Assembly (NCBI RefSeq): GCF_009914755.1
Contig: NC_060936.1
Length of the DNA: 64,000 nucleotides
Source: the human T2T-CHM13v2.0 reference genome, Homo sapiens
Direction: 5' to 3' (one strand)
Shown: one piece after another, positions 14,641 through 31,029 of the stretch
Position numbering within the stretch: position 1 is the stretch's first letter
Layout of the letters: every line of letters starts with the position of its first letter
Program-made: the position numbers and the translations under genes
Notes under the pieces: generated by a model
What the model saw: the letters and a program-made list of their open reading frames with translations, nothing else
What the model was told of the DNA's origin: nothing
The model's database searches: none

Positions 14641-17113
14641 CACGTTGAGATTCTTTGTGAAATTGCCGCAAGTTAAAATCTGAACCATAGCAAAGACCCT
14701 CTCCTAGACAGAAACTCAGTTTTTCACATAAACCTTAGACTTAAGTGCTATCTCTTATCACAGAGAGGCTTCTGTTGTAATGTGGGCATTAGTCATTTTT
14801 GATAATTCAGAAAAATCATTGCTACTATGAGCGTTGAGATGGATGAAATTTTTGCTGTAATTACCTGAATTGCATGCAGCCATTGAAATCTTCCTTAACT
14901 TGAAATGAAAAAGAACTTTAGAAAAACATGTTTTATCTGTCTCACCAGTTAAATGCTCTTAGTAGAGCTCTTCTAGTATTTTGTAGATTCTTTTGGAATC
15001 GTGCCTGTTTCACAGAGGCAGAGACATGCAAACCTTAGAATGGGAGTTGAGCTGTTTGAAGTCTGCCTTCATAAAAATGTCTTATTGCAGCAGTATATTG
15101 CTTTGCATGTAGTAGGCCTCTGGTATTGAATGAATGAATTGAGATCTGGGAGAAAAAGCTAAAGGAAAGGAGTTCATTTTGTCGTAACTGACTTTTTTTT
15201 ATTATCCTTCATTTTTAATTACAGCATTTGTGGTTGATACAATTGTATGGGTTAGCTATGGCTTTATAGATAAGTAGATTTTGAGATGAAAGAAGGTTAT
15301 ACTTTTTAAGTTCTTATTTTAAAATCTCCACTGTTAAGAGTCAAAATCAAGTTTAAAAAGAATGTTGCAGCTCAATTATTTAAATTTAAATTTTTTATTT
15401 GGAAGTACTTAGTTTCACTGGAAGTTGAAAAAAAAAATGTATAGGAAGGTTCTGTATACCCTTCACCCAGTCTCCTCCAGTGGTAACATTTTACATAGCA
15501 GTTATGCAGAGATCAAAAATCAAGAAGTTGCCCTTGTTTCAATCCTCAGAGTTTATTAGGTTTCACCAGTTTTACATGCCCTTATTTGTGTGTGTGTGTT
15601 TTTTGCAATTTTATTAAATGTGTAGATTTGTGTAAGCACCATCATGATCAAGATACAGAACTATTCTCTCACCACATGAAGTTCATTTTTTTAGCTTACC
15701 TTATTTTGTAATGGAATCCCCCCGTCTTAAATCTTCTGGGTCAAATAATTCTCCATCTTGTGTTTGCTCAGATCTAGAGATAAAACACATCTTCAGGGTT
15801 CTTAAATTTAGACAGCTTCGGTTGACATGGTATGTGAGGTTCATATGATAATCGTGAGAGATAAACCTGCACTTTCATGGGAAAAGCCATGGATAGCAGT
15901 AGCAGAAGATAATTGGCAACAGATCTTTTCTGGATGTTGGAGGAGAGGCTTTGGAATAACAGTCTCATTGTGATGTTTTCTGCTTTTGTTATAGGTTTGC
16001 CATGAGCAGACTAATGATAATAGCTAACATTTGTTACTGTATTCATTGGTTTTCACCGCAGCCCCTACTGTTATCTCTGCTTTAAAGATAAGGACATGGA
16101 AACTTAAGAAGGTTGAGTAACTAGTCTGAAGATGCACAGTGAATAAGTGATGGAGTTAGGATTTAAATGTGGGTAGACTGACCCTACAACTTGTATTCTT
16201 CTCCACAGTGCTGCTATTTAGCAGACACAGAAACTTTCATGAGTAAGAGTAGCAAGTTCTGAGTTTTTGACTTTTGAGCTTGGGGAAGATGTGCCTAGAA
16301 GGAATGAGTAAACAACGAGAAATTATATGAGGTGCACATTTTGAGTGGGGTATTTGGTGTCTAGGTTATTCTCACTCTACTAATCTGTATGACCTCAGGC
16401 AGTGCATCCCCTCTGTAGACCTTAGTTGCCTTGATCTCAGATGTATCCACATGGATCTGATTTTCTGTAGGAATTTCTCAAAGATTGTGAAGGCAGTGTG
16501 TTACTCTTTTGATTCTTTCGGTTATTTGACTCTTGTTGGAGTAGGTTCCCAATGCCAAGAAATTCTGGGTCTTGTGGCGATTTAATCTGGCCAACTACCA
16601 AATTATAGGTATTTGAGGATAGTTTTTCTCAGCTCTGGGATTTTTTTTCTTAAACTGCCTCATATCTATTGTTAAGTCCTCATGTCTGTTGTAAAAATTC
16701 AAAGGTGCTTTGTGTTTTTTCTGTTTTTTTTTTTTTGTCCTTGAGAGGACCATTTCATAGGAATTTGAAATGTTTTCTGTGAATTTGAGGAGCACTTATG
16801 GCCAGAATATGCTTTTGCAAAATACTCTAGTTGAGAGTTAGAAGTGTTTGGAGAGTTGAGGAGGTAGTAGTTATTTTTCAACAGAATGGAGCTAAGAATT
16901 TCAACTAAGAATGGAACTAAGGAACTAGGAGATCTTAAAGTCTCTTTGAGTATTAAGCATCTCCTTTCTGTCTCCACACTTGAGGCAACAGTCTAATTGG
17001 GGCAAATGGAAGAGAAATGCTTCCTGTAAGAGCTAGTGAGCAGAATCTGTATTTAATTTTTGAGAGTCCTTGAAATTAACAGATGGATCTATGGTCAAAA
17101 AAAATTGCCAACC

Positions 17114-19040
17114 ATATTTCTTATTACATTATACATTATATATTATATAATATATATATTATATATACATTTTACATTATATATAATGTATATATAATGT
17201 ATTTCTTATGTTATAACGTATTTATTACATTATGTTATATATAATGTATTTCTTATTACATATGTTACATATAATGTATTTATTACATTATATATTATAT
17301 ATAATGTAATATATGTTATGTAATAATTATATATGTCATATATAATTTAATTATATGTCATATATAATTTATATATGTCATAATTTATATATGTCATATA
17401 TAATTTAATTATATATGACATATATAATGTAATAATTATGTGTCATACATATATGTGTCATATATAATGTAATAATTATATGTGCCATATATAATGTAAT
17501 AATTATGTGTCATATATAATGTAATAATTACATCATATATAATGTAATAATTATATATGTCATACATAATGTAATAATTATATGTCATACATAATGTAAT
17601 AATTATATATGTCATACATAATGTAATAATTATATATGTCATACATAATGTAATAATTATATATGTCATACATAATGTAATAATTATATATGTCATACAT
17701 AATGTAATAATTATATGTCATACATAATGTAATAATTATATATGTCATACATAATGTAATAATTATATATGTCATACATAATGTAATAATTATATATGTC
17801 ATACATAATGTAATAATTATATATGTCATACATAATGTAATAATTATATATGTCATACATAATGTAATAATTATATATGTCATACATAATGTAATAATTA
17901 TATATGTCATACATAATGTAATAATTATATATGTCATACATAATGTAATAATTATATATGTCATACATAATGTAATAATTATATATGTCATATATAATGT
18001 AATAATTATATATGTCATATATAATGTAATAATTATATATGTCATATATAATGTAATAATTATATGTCATATATAATGTAATAATTATATATGTCATATA
18101 TAATGTAATAATTATATGTCATATATAATGTAATAATTATATGTCATATATAATGTAATAATTATATATGTCATATGTAATAATTATGTCATATATAATG
18201 TAATAATTATGTCATATATAATGTAATAATTATATATGTCATATATAATGTAATAATTATATATGTCATATACAATGTAATCATATGTCATATACAATGT
18301 AATAATTATATATGTCATATACAATGTAATAATTATATATGTCATATACAATGTAATAATTATATATGTCATATACAATGTAATTATATATGTCATATAT
18401 AATGTAATAATTATATATGTCATATATAATGTAATAATTATATATGTCATATATAATGTAATAATTATATATGTCATATATAATGTAATAATTATATATG
18501 TCATATATAATGTAATAATTATATATGTCATATATAATGTAATAATTATATATGTCATATATAATGTAATAATTATGTCATATATAATGTAATAATTATA
18601 TATGTCATATGTAATAATTATGTCATATATAATGTAATAATTATATATGTCATATATAATGTAATAATTATATATGTCATATATAATGTAATAATTATAT
18701 ATGTCATATAATGTAATCATGTCATATACAATGTAATAATTATATATGTCATATACAATGTAATAATTATATATGTCATATACAATGTAATAATTATATG
18801 TCATATACAATGTAATATATATGTCATATACAATGTAATAATTATATATGTCATATACAATGTAATTATATATGTCATATATAATGTAATTATGTTATAT
18901 ATAATGTAATAATTATATATGTTATATATAATGTAATAATTATATATGTTATATATAATGTAATAATTATATATGTTATATATAATGTAATAATTATGTG
19001 TTATATATAATGTAATAAGTAGTAATTACTTATTATTTAT
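17114..19040. repeat. AT-rich 27-bp minisatellite (GTAATAATTATATATGTCATA[C/T]ATAAT)n
   Basis: Direct reading; the ORF track shows 9-aa periodicity (MTYIIITLC). Confidence 0.97.
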
Positions 19041-20422
19041 AATTAGGTGTATTCTGAGAGTCTTGATCCTTTGTTTTTCACATTTTGACATTTCATGCTC
19101 AGATTTTGAGACTACTTTGTTGACATTATTCAGGCAATGTCTCAGTTAAAATGGAGTAGAAGTTTTTGTACTTTAATACCGAAGGGGTAGTAAAAGCAAG
19201 GGTGGTCAGATCTTGAAACTGGGGACAAAGACTGCTAGTATCAGCTAATATTTTCACACCCCTGCCCAAATGTCCCTCTTTAATGCAAATTGGAGTTAGT
19301 AGGTTCTCAACAAGAGAGTGGAGTTCCCCCTTGGGAACTGTCCTTGTCATGGGCCAGGAGTGGGGAATAGCAGGGGAAGGTGGTGGCAGACTAACTAGTA
19401 AGATTAGTTCTGGACACAGGGCAGAAGGAAAGAACACCGTAGGCTTGTGCCTTCTCTTTGTTTCCTTGTTCTTTAGTGCCCGCAGTCAGTCTCCTTGTTT
19501 TTTTTTTCTGGCCACAGGATAGTAAAGGGCAAAGTCCTGGAGGATGAAAAACAGTTCAGCACCCTCATTGAGTTTGTTGCCTTGATAGGTTTATTCTGAT
19601 GTTGCAGCAGTCCCCTTTGTCACTAGAGCTTCTGAGACAGTTTCTAGAATTAGACTGAAAAAACATAGCTACTCAAAGATAATCAAAAGTGAGAAAAGTC
19701 AGAATAGTGTTTACTTCTGGGGGCTGGGAGACTGAGGGAGCCTGTGAGGGAACTGTAAACGTTCTGTATCTTGATCCGGGTGGTGGTTATGTGAGTGTAT
19801 CAAATGTGGAAGTTAATTTAGCTGTACACTTAAGTTTGGTAGACATTATATGGTTTCATATTTGTATATTACATTTCAATTAAAAAATGAAAAAACCCAC
19901 CAAACATCCATAGGGAAGAGCAGACCTATGTATCTTTAATTCTAGCCTAGCATTCCACTTCTCTGATTCTCTTGGTAGGCAAATTACAATGAAATAAGGC
20001 TCCTTTGGCCGGGATTGTGTGAACTCTGGGTAGAGGGAGAACAGACCAGTGCCTTGGTTAAGGAACAGGAGCCCTTCTGTGCTCCCTTCACTCCTTACTG
20101 GCTCCCTGCTGTACTTCTGAGGAAAGTGAAAGCCCTTCCGCTTCCTATTTCTTATTGAAATATCTTGCACTTCAAGAAAAAGAGTTTGGTTCTTAATCCT
20201 TTCCTGAGATTCCTTATTTGATCTCCCGTTCCCAACTCTCAGTAAATTTCTGCCCCAGGCTCCTTGAGAATGGGTTGGATATTGAGGATGTTGAAAATTT
20301 AGTACTATATTCTTTTGACCAGGGGTTTCTGAGGGAGTCAGCAGAGTTTTGTCTGCTTTGGTGTGGCTAAGAGGGTCAGTTGAATATGGGCATCTCTTTC
20401 CCTTTCCTTGATCCCACACTGA

Positions 20423-20566
<144 letters not shown>

Positions 20567-20664
20567 TGAGTTCAGATACCTCTTTCCGAATCCCGTGAAA
20601 GGAGTATGGACAGTTTTCCCAGCCTCCTCCATCCACGTTCTCGAACCAACTTACTTTATTCTTT

Positions 20665-22290
20665 TTTTTTTTTTTTTTTAATCATTCTTGGGTGTTTCTC
20701 GCAGAGGGGGATTTGGCAGGGTCATAGGACAATAGTGGAGGGAAGGTCAGCACATAAGCAAGTGAACAAAGGTCTCTGGTTTTCCTAGGCAGAGGACCCT
20801 GCGGCCTTCCGCAGTGTTTGTGTCCCTGGGTACTTGAGATTAGGGAGTGGTGATGACTCTTAACGAGCATGCTGCCTTCAAGCATCTGTTTAACAAAGCA
20901 CATCTTGCACCGCCCTTAATCCATTTAACCCTGAGTGAACACAGCACATGTTTCAGAGAGCACAGGGTTGGGGGTAAGGTCATAGATCAACAGGATCCCA
21001 AGGCAGAAGAATTTTTCTTAGTACAGAACAAAATGAAAAGTCTCCCATGTCTACTTCTTTCTACACAGACACAGCAACCATCGGATTTCTCAATCTTTTC
21101 CCCACCTTTCCCCCTTTTCTATTCCACAAAACCGCCATTGTCATCATGGCCCGTTCTCAATGAGCTGTTGGGTACACCTCCCAGACGGGGTGGTGGCCAG
21201 GCAGAGGGGCTCCTCACTTCCCAGTAGGGGCGGCCGGGCAGAGGCGCCCCTCACCTTCTGGACGGGGCGGCTGGCCGGGCGGGGGGCTGACCCCCACCTC
21301 CCTCCTGGACGGGGCGGCTGGCCGGGCGGGGGGCTGACCCCCCGCCTCCCTCCCGGACGGGGCGGCTGGCCGGGCGGGGGGCTGACCCGCACCTCCCTCC
21401 CGGACGGGGCGGCTGGCCGGGCGGGGGGCTGACCCCCACCTCCCTCCCAGACGGGGTGGCTGCCGGGCGGAGACGCTCCTCACTTCCCAGACGGGGCGGC
21501 TGCCGGGCAGAGGGTCTCCTCACTTCTCAGACGGGGCGGCCGGGCAGAGACGCTCCTCACCTCCCAGACGGGGTCGCGGCCAGGCAGAGGCGCTCCTCAC
21601 ATCCCAGACGGGGCGGCGGGGCAGAGGCGCTCCTCACATCTCAGACGATGGGTGGTCGGGCAGAGACGCTCCTCACTTCCTCGATGGGATGGCGGCTGGG
21701 AAGAGGCGCTCCTCACTTCCTAGATGGGATGGCGGCCGGGCAGAGACGCTCCTCACTTTCCAGACTGGGCAGCCAGGCAGAGGGGCTCCTCACATCCCAG
21801 ACGATGGGCGGCCAGGCAGAGACGCTCCTCACTTCCCAGATGGGGTGGCGGCCAGGCAGAGGCTGCAATCTCGGCACTTTGGGAGGCCAAGGCAGGCGGC
21901 TGGGAGGTGGAGGTTGTAGCGAGCCGAGATCACGCCACTGCACTCCAGCCTGGGCACCATTGAGCACTGAGTGAACGAGACTCCGTCTGCAATCCCGGCA
22001 CCTCGGGAGGCCGAGGCTGGCGGATCACTCGCGGTTAGGAGCTGGAGACCAGCCCGGCCAACACAGCGAAACCCCGTCTCCACCAAAAAAATACGAAAAC
22101 CAGTCAGGCATGGCGGCGCGTGCCTGCAATTGCAGGCACTCGGCAGGCTGAAGCAGGAGAATCAGGCAGGGAGGTTGCAGGGAGCCGAGATGGCAGCAGT
22201 ACAGTCCAGCTTCGGCTCGGCATCAGAGGGAGACCGTGGAAAGAGAGGGGGAGAGAGACCGTAGGGAGAGGGAGAGGGAGAGGGAGAGGG
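20665..22290 (-). mobile_element. Full-length SVA (SVA_D-like), antisense in PEX5 intron 6
   Basis: Poly-T, SINE-R (~20680-21170), GC-rich VNTR (~21175-21850), Alu-like region, (AGGGAG)n hexamer 22263-22290; 15-bp TSD CTTACTTTATTCTTT at 20650-20664 and 22291-22305 with TTT/AA endonuclease site. Confidence 0.95.
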
Positions 22291-22359
22291 CTTACTTTAT
22301 TCTTTAAGATTTCCCCTTGGGTTATTACTCCTGTGAATTTATGGTTGAAATGTAGTCAA

Positions 22360-22715
22360 GGACACGGTGGTTGTGTGCCTGTACTCAGGAAGCTGAGGTG
22401 GGAGGATTGCTTGGGCCCAGGAGGTCAAGTCTAGCCCGAGGAACACAGTAAGACCTTGTCTTTAAAAAAACAAAAGCGCATGCATGTGTGCATGCACACA
22501 CACACACACACACGCACACACATATATACACACATACACATATGTACACACGCATACACACACATACATGTGCACATACATGTATATACACACGTATACA
22601 TATGTAAACATGTAGATACATGCGTACACATGTATACACACACATAGACATACATGTATACACACAGATACACATGTATATACATACACACATACACGTA
22701 TATATACATACATAT
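22360..22715 (+). repeat. Alu monomer followed by (CA/TA)n purine-pyrimidine microsatellite (22476-22715)
   Basis: Direct reading. Confidence 0.85.
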
Positions 22716-23086
22716 CAGCTATATTTGGGAGGAAGGGAGTTTTCAGACTTTTAAAATATATGTATATAGGTAAATATATATATATTTTTCAAGAATCCTA
22801 ACTATCCTATATGACGTTCATAACTTCATCTTAAAGTTCATAATTTTACCTTGTTCCCTTCTTAATTTTGAGCCTGCTACTATCCCATCTGTATGCAAAG
22901 ATATGTTTGGGAAAGGGAGAGCTAGAAGGATGTAGCTAGTACTTTCACACTCCTGCCCAAATGTCCTTCTATAATGCAAATTGGAGTTTGTAGGTTCTCA
23001 ACAGGAGAATGGAGTTCCCTCACAGGAACTGTCATTGTCATGGGCTAGGAGTGGGGAGTAGCATGGGGAGGGTGATGGCAGACTAA

Positions 23087-23284
<198 letters not shown>

Positions 23285-23413
23285 TAGTTTAAAGAGAAGG
23301 AGAAGAGATCTTAGGTCTCTTCGTTCCTGTCTATAGAACAGAGACTTAAGATCCTGCCTCTTCCTTCTAGTGTTCATTCCCTCATCTCCTTGCCTACTAA
23401 CTCTTTTTTCTGA

Positions 23414-23902
<489 letters not shown>

Positions 23903-23934
23903 TAGTGGGTATTTAGTGTGCGTCTGATGGATAG

Positions 23935-24147
<213 letters not shown>

Positions 24148-24166
24148 TGATGCAAATTGTATTTCA

Positions 24167-24575
<409 letters not shown>

Positions 24576-24781
24576 ACAGATTTCTGGCCATCACCCCAGA
24601 CTACTAAATCAGTATCTGGGGATAGCATCTGGCCATTTGCATTTTAAAAAAGTTATTCAGATGATTCTTAAACATATTGAAATTCAAGAACTGCTGCCTT
24701 AGAGAATCCCAGCAGAGCTGAGTGTGGGGTGGGGTGGTCATGATGGATCTCCTTTTTCTATCTGCTTTCCCTTCCTTACAG

Positions 24782-24901
24782 TCTGATGTCGATTTCTGGG
24801 ACAAGTTGCAGGCAGAGTTGGAGGAGATGGCAAAACGGGATGCTGAGGCCCACCCCTGGCTTTCTGACTATGATGACCTTACGTCAGCTACCTATGATAA
24901 G
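24782..24901 (+). CDS. PEX5: PEX5 exon 10 (WLSDY motif)
   Basis: ttacag| ... AAG|gtgagg; 120 nt. Confidence 0.96.
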
Positions 24902-27504
24902 GTGAGGTAAAAACTCTTAGTTTTTCAGGTTCCAGAACTTCCTTCTTTTTAACGTCTTTCCTTTAATCCTGAATTTGAAGGGTGCTTTTAAGTATTTTCT
25001 TGAGTCCCTTTCCACGAAAAGAAGTCTGAATAATTCCCTTGCCCTTCCTCTTCAGTGATTGAGTATAAACTTTATTCTTGGGATATAGATGTTAATGAGA
25101 CTATCTTTGTCAATAATGACAGTCCAGTACATAACACCTGTGAAGGAGGTTTGCACATGCTTGCTGCATTAAAAGCACAGAGGAAGTAGCTCTGCTTGGA
25201 GGTCAGATTGGGAGCTTTTTGAGAAGACTGCTGACTCCTTTGGTGGGGAGTGTTAGTGGACAGACTATCCCTTTGCCTCCACATCTTAATATCTGTTTAC
25301 TTTTTAAACTCACATATTCATTTTAAGTTCTTATCTTTTATAGGTAGTAGCCACTTGCCCTAATTTAGGGTTTTCAAAGAATTTATATTAGATAACTTAA
25401 ATATTAGGGAAATTTCTTAGTAGTATGAAAGATGATTGCATTTTGCCTATAGCATGTGCTGTTGACTTAGAAGCATATGTTACTTCTGGGGTCTTACTGA
25501 AAAACAAATCTACCTGTGGGTTGTAGGATATTTGGGGATGTGTTTAATAACTGAGCTCCTGAGTTGAAACATGAAGAGGGGAAAGAATCACTTGGTTTTG
25601 AAAAAAGGCAAAACAGGAACTGGGGATGTGAGTAGTGATGTCTTTTTCTCAGTTCAGATCTGGTTGGGAAAGTATTGTGGGGCTGGAACCAGGGCCTGAG
25701 ATGCAAACCAGGGTGCTGGAGATGGATCTTGATGTAATAAGGGAGCTATGCAAAGATGGGAAGATGCAGTTCAGAAAAAGGCTAGAGTTTGAGAGCCAGT
25801 GAAGAACAGTATTAGGAAAAATATGATTTTGCTTATTATTCCAGTCTGATCTGGATTTTTCTAACTATCCTGTGTGATATAAGGGAAAAGACAGCTGGGA
25901 CCTTGCCATGTATTTCACTAGACTATGAGTTCATTGTATATAATTTTGATAAGGAAGAACTGAAGGAAATATAGATAACACTTTTGTTATTATTTTGTAT
26001 TAACAATTTGATAAGTCACATAGGCCCCATCAACTTATAAATGGAAAGTTGTACATTTATGTAAAAATGTCCATGCTTTTCATACATATAGACATAATAC
26101 TAGTTTTGTATGAGCAGCATTTTCTTTTATCATTTATTACTCTCGTATTTATGACATGCTGGCCAGAATACATTTTTTTTTTTCAGACACATAGAACAAT
26201 GTGACAAATTAGAAAGCAAATTTTTTTTTAGAAAAAAAATCACATTTGATCAGGTTCCAAGAATAGAAATGTGGAAAGGATAGTCTTTTCGATAAATGGT
26301 ATTGGAGAAACTGCATATCCATGTGCAAAAGAGTGAAACTGAACCGTTACCTCACACTATGTACAAAACTTAATCCAAAATGGCTTAAAGACCCAAATGC
26401 AGTACCCAAAACCGTAAAATGCCTAGAAGAAAACATAGGGAGAAAGTTTCTTGACATTAGTCTTTGCAATGATTTTTGGGATATGAGCTTTTGGTGTCAT
26501 ATCCAGAATACATTTTTTAATTAAAAACTTTAAAAGTATGTTTGTAGATTCTTGAGCCCTACTTGATATCATTGATACTTTGGGATATTGCAAAATTAGG
26601 ACTAGAAATACTTGCATTAATGTTCCTCAAAAAGTGATGTAGTAAGCAATTAGACAGTATCTGGCTTTAAGCTAATATTGAATTCCATGTCAATAGAACT
26701 TTTTAAAAACAAAGGACTTGACTCTTGATTGTTACATAAATTCATGGATCTCTTTGAATGCACTGTTTGTTTATTGATAGCCCTTATATTTTCAGAGACA
26801 ATTTACATTGCAGCTCAGGCAGATATTAATATACTATTATGATAAAAGAGAAGTATGTGATGGGACAAACTCTTTGTAGTGATCATTTCTGCAGTTTGAT
26901 CCTATGAGATTTTGGAGCAGACCAGACCGTGTATCAGATAAAATTAATGACTTGGGTTTGGCTTTTCAGGATGTAACAGTGAAGCCAAGCTTATCCTGTG
27001 TTCTGTGGGTTGTTGAGGGATCCCCCAGAGTACTCTTTTTCCATCATCTATGCAAATATTCTAATTTTGGAAAATTCCTCTTTGATCAGCAATTGATGAG
27101 ACTTCAAGGAGGGTAGATAATATGGATGAGAGGAAACTTAGAGAATCCTGTGGTTGCAAGATGGTGGCATTGAGTTGTTGTATTATCTAATGAAGACACC
27201 TGAAGAGCATTCGCATCACTTCCGGCTGTCATATACAGGCCATCATATCTTAAGGAAGTATCCAGAGCAGTGAGGATAATAGCTATTTACAGATAGTATC
27301 TTAAGCTTTTTGGTAAGGCGTTGGTGAAGATTCCCATTTGATGTTCTCAATGGCTCTGAGAGGCAGGAATTACTTTTATTAGGAAACTGCATTATAGATA
27401 ACAGTAATCTCTGTTTTCTGTAGAGTGGCTTAAAACATGTATTAATGATGAACAATAGTTGAGGTTGAATGCAGAAGGATTTATTTTATTGAACTGTAAT
27501 AGTC

Positions 27505-27825
27505 TAGGGCAAGGGCCAGCACACTGGCTTGTGGGATAAATCTTTATGTTTTTAGTGATCCACTAGCTGAGGATGGTTTTAACATTTTTAAATGGTTGGA
27601 GAAAATCAAAAGAGTAATACTTTGTGACAAGTGAAAATTATATAAAATTCAAATTTTAGTGTCCATAAATAAAATGTTATTGGAAGACAGCCGTGCTCAT
27701 TTGTTTACTTATGTCTGGCTGCTTTCGCACTACAACAGTAGAGGTGAGTAGTTGCAGCAGATCCACGAAGCCTGAAATATTTATTATCTGGCCCTTCGCA
27801 GAAAAAGTTTGCTGATCACTGGACT
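27505..27825. mobile_element. MER58-like hAT DNA transposon
   Basis: Similar to the element at 7960-8580 (GAAAATTATATAAAATTCA...CAGCC[A/G]TGCTCATTTGTTTA). Confidence 0.7.
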
Positions 27826-29008
27826 AGCGTCATTTTCTGCCTTCTGAGTTTTTATATTATGCAGAGATGTCCAAAAACACACTTGTTTTCAATATAAATA
27901 TACTTTCTATACATTTATCTCAAATCTACTATAATATGTCTTTCTTCTTAAACCCCCCATTGTAATTATTTAATTTTCATTTGTGACAAATAATTTGCAT
28001 CTGATCATGACTTAGAATTTTGCTGGTAAGATTTAAGTGTTTTTGATTCTTTATCATTTTCACAATAATAATGAAAAAGGGCCTCATGTCTTTATTTTGT
28101 ACAGTTTTATCTGAATTTATTCTTAACTGCATTTAGAAAGACCTCCACCTGGTGTTTTGCATCTTGTTTTCGTTCTGGTGTATTATTTTATGATGGTAAC
28201 TACTCTCCAAAAACGGACTTTTTATTTGCATGTCCCAAATTTTGCAGCTTACTAGTGACTTCCCCTTTACCTCATTTCTTCTCTGCCTAGTGTAAAATGC
28301 CAGTTGACAAAGCTTTGCAGATAGTATCGTAACTCTTCTCTAAAGTGAGAAATCCTCAGCTGGAAGAGAATGGTGTCTTTCTGAAGTATTCTCTGCCATC
28401 TGGATTTTGGGATCCAGCTTTTGCTTACTGTCAGATACAGATTAATATTCATGATTATTAAGAATGAAATCGGGGAATAAATTAACATTTTCAAAATGCT
28501 TGAAAATGTTTTATCTAGTTGACATGTGGAATGACTCTGAGCTAAGTAAGAGTTATATTTGAATAGCAGGACTCCAAACAACATTTCCTTTATACATCAT
28601 CACATTATTGAAGGATAACAAGAAATGCACTTTGCATAGCTAGGGACACTTTGTCTCATTACTATAAGCAGATCCTGTTGAGACATTCTGCCCCGTGGTG
28701 AGAAGTCAAGGTGTGGGAATACAAGCCTGTGATGACTTCCTAAAATAAGCTTATTTCCAGCGCAGATGAATTTGTAGACTTTCCTAGCTTCCCAGGTATC
28801 ATGAACAGGAGATGGGAGCACAAACCTGATACCAAATGATTTTACTTGTGTCATACATGATCTTTATAATATGGAGAATTTGCCAGCAATTAATTCCGGA
28901 ACCTGTTTGGAGGCCCTCAGCTTCTCTGCCTGCTGGTTGTCATCCTCACATCCCTGCTGTTCTGACGGTGCCACCTCTCAGTGCATCTCTCACGTGCTTT
29001 TCTTGTAG

Positions 29009-29248
<240 letters not shown>

Positions 29249-29359
29249 TGATGGCCTAGGATAGGGGCTTGAGAGCGAGATGGTGAGTGGGAGAAGCCAG
29301 GGGGAAGGGCGAATGGAGAGGTGAATATGGGGTGATGGAATCTGTCAACTTCCCTCTAG

Positions 29360-29430
29360 GCTTGGCAGTATCTGGGTACCACCCAGGCAGAGAATGAACA
29401 AGAACTATTAGCCATCAGTGCATTGCGGAG
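29360..29430 (+). CDS. PEX5: PEX5 exon 12 (AWQYLGTTQAENEQ...)
   Basis: ctctag| ... GAG|gtgagt; 71 nt. Confidence 0.96.
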
Positions 29431-29798
29431 GTGAGTACACTGAAAGGTGTGGGTGAGGTGCTTCCAAGGCTCTGCATATAACCTTTTGAATGACAGAAGC
29501 CCAGACCTGGATCCTTGTCTTCTTTCTGAGTGCTATCAAGAGTGTTTTCTCATGCTGAAACTCTGAGGGTTGGAGTGAATTCCATTCCTTCATCGGCTTT
29601 TGATTTTATTTGCGGCTTTGGTTGGCTCCTTGCCTGCTAAAACCTTCCCCTTAGATCTGTAACTTTATTATTAACTCATGTCAGAGGAGTCACAGGTGAG
29701 GCCATTGTGACTCTGCATTTCAAAGCTTGGCTTGGATCCCAGGGTGCTCACATGTGCCAGTGTCAGTCATTGCAGATATCAAGTCTGCCCATCCCTGA

Positions 29799-30020
<222 letters not shown>

Positions 30021-30310
30021 TGAGTATGAGGGGTTCCTAGGATGAGGAATTACAGTAACCTAAGTCCCAGTAGGAGGGTGACCTTGGTTTTGGAAGTTTG
30101 GATGGATTGAGACTGAAGGGTCCTGAGAATGGGATGGGAAACCTAGGATCAAGTTGAAGGAGGTCTGCATTCTACAGTTCAGTGCTAGGATGAAATAGAA
30201 AAACAGGCTTCTATATTGGACTTTGAGAGTAGAAGAGATGACTGATAGATTGATGAATGTTGGGGATATGGTTGATCAATGAAGAAATTAATTTGGGGGG
30301 ATGGGAATAG

Positions 30311-30715
<405 letters not shown>

Positions 30716-30935
30716 AGAATAATTTGTTCAGACTTTTGGAGTCTTGGGGTATTTCATTCCAGTGTTCCATGTACTGACTGCCTTGGGAGGACTGGGAAAA
30801 GAAGGCTGGGAGTGTAGGGTCATCTGGACATAAGAGAGTCTGCATAGGGTGAGAGGGGCTACATTGTAGCCACACACCGAACTGTTGAGAATGGAATGGG
30901 ACGAAACATGTTAGCTAACAGAGTAGTGAAACAGC

Positions 30936-31029
30936 TGGAGTAATGTGCAGAGTTTGAGCTGAGTCGGTGGAGTAATGTGCAGAGTTTGATCTGAGTCGGT
31001 GGAGTAATGTGCAGAGTTTGAGCTGAGTC
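30936..31029. repeat. 32-bp tandem repeat, ~3 copies (TGGAGTAATGTGCAGAGTTTGA[G/T]CTGAGTCGG)
   Basis: Copies start at 30936, 30968 and 31000. Confidence 0.95.

Noticed and set aside
17436-18810. Long MTYIIITL/YDIYNYY repeat ORFs
   Set aside because: Artefact of the 27-bp minisatellite; no splice or promoter context
20847-22434. Cluster of Pro/Gly/Arg-rich ORFs
   Set aside because: All derive from SVA SINE-R, VNTR and Alu-like sequence
30936-31029. CRISPR-like appearance of the 32-bp repeat (also the 45-bp and 18-bp repeats)
   Set aside because: Head-to-tail copies with no unique spacers, in a mammalian genome with no cas genes
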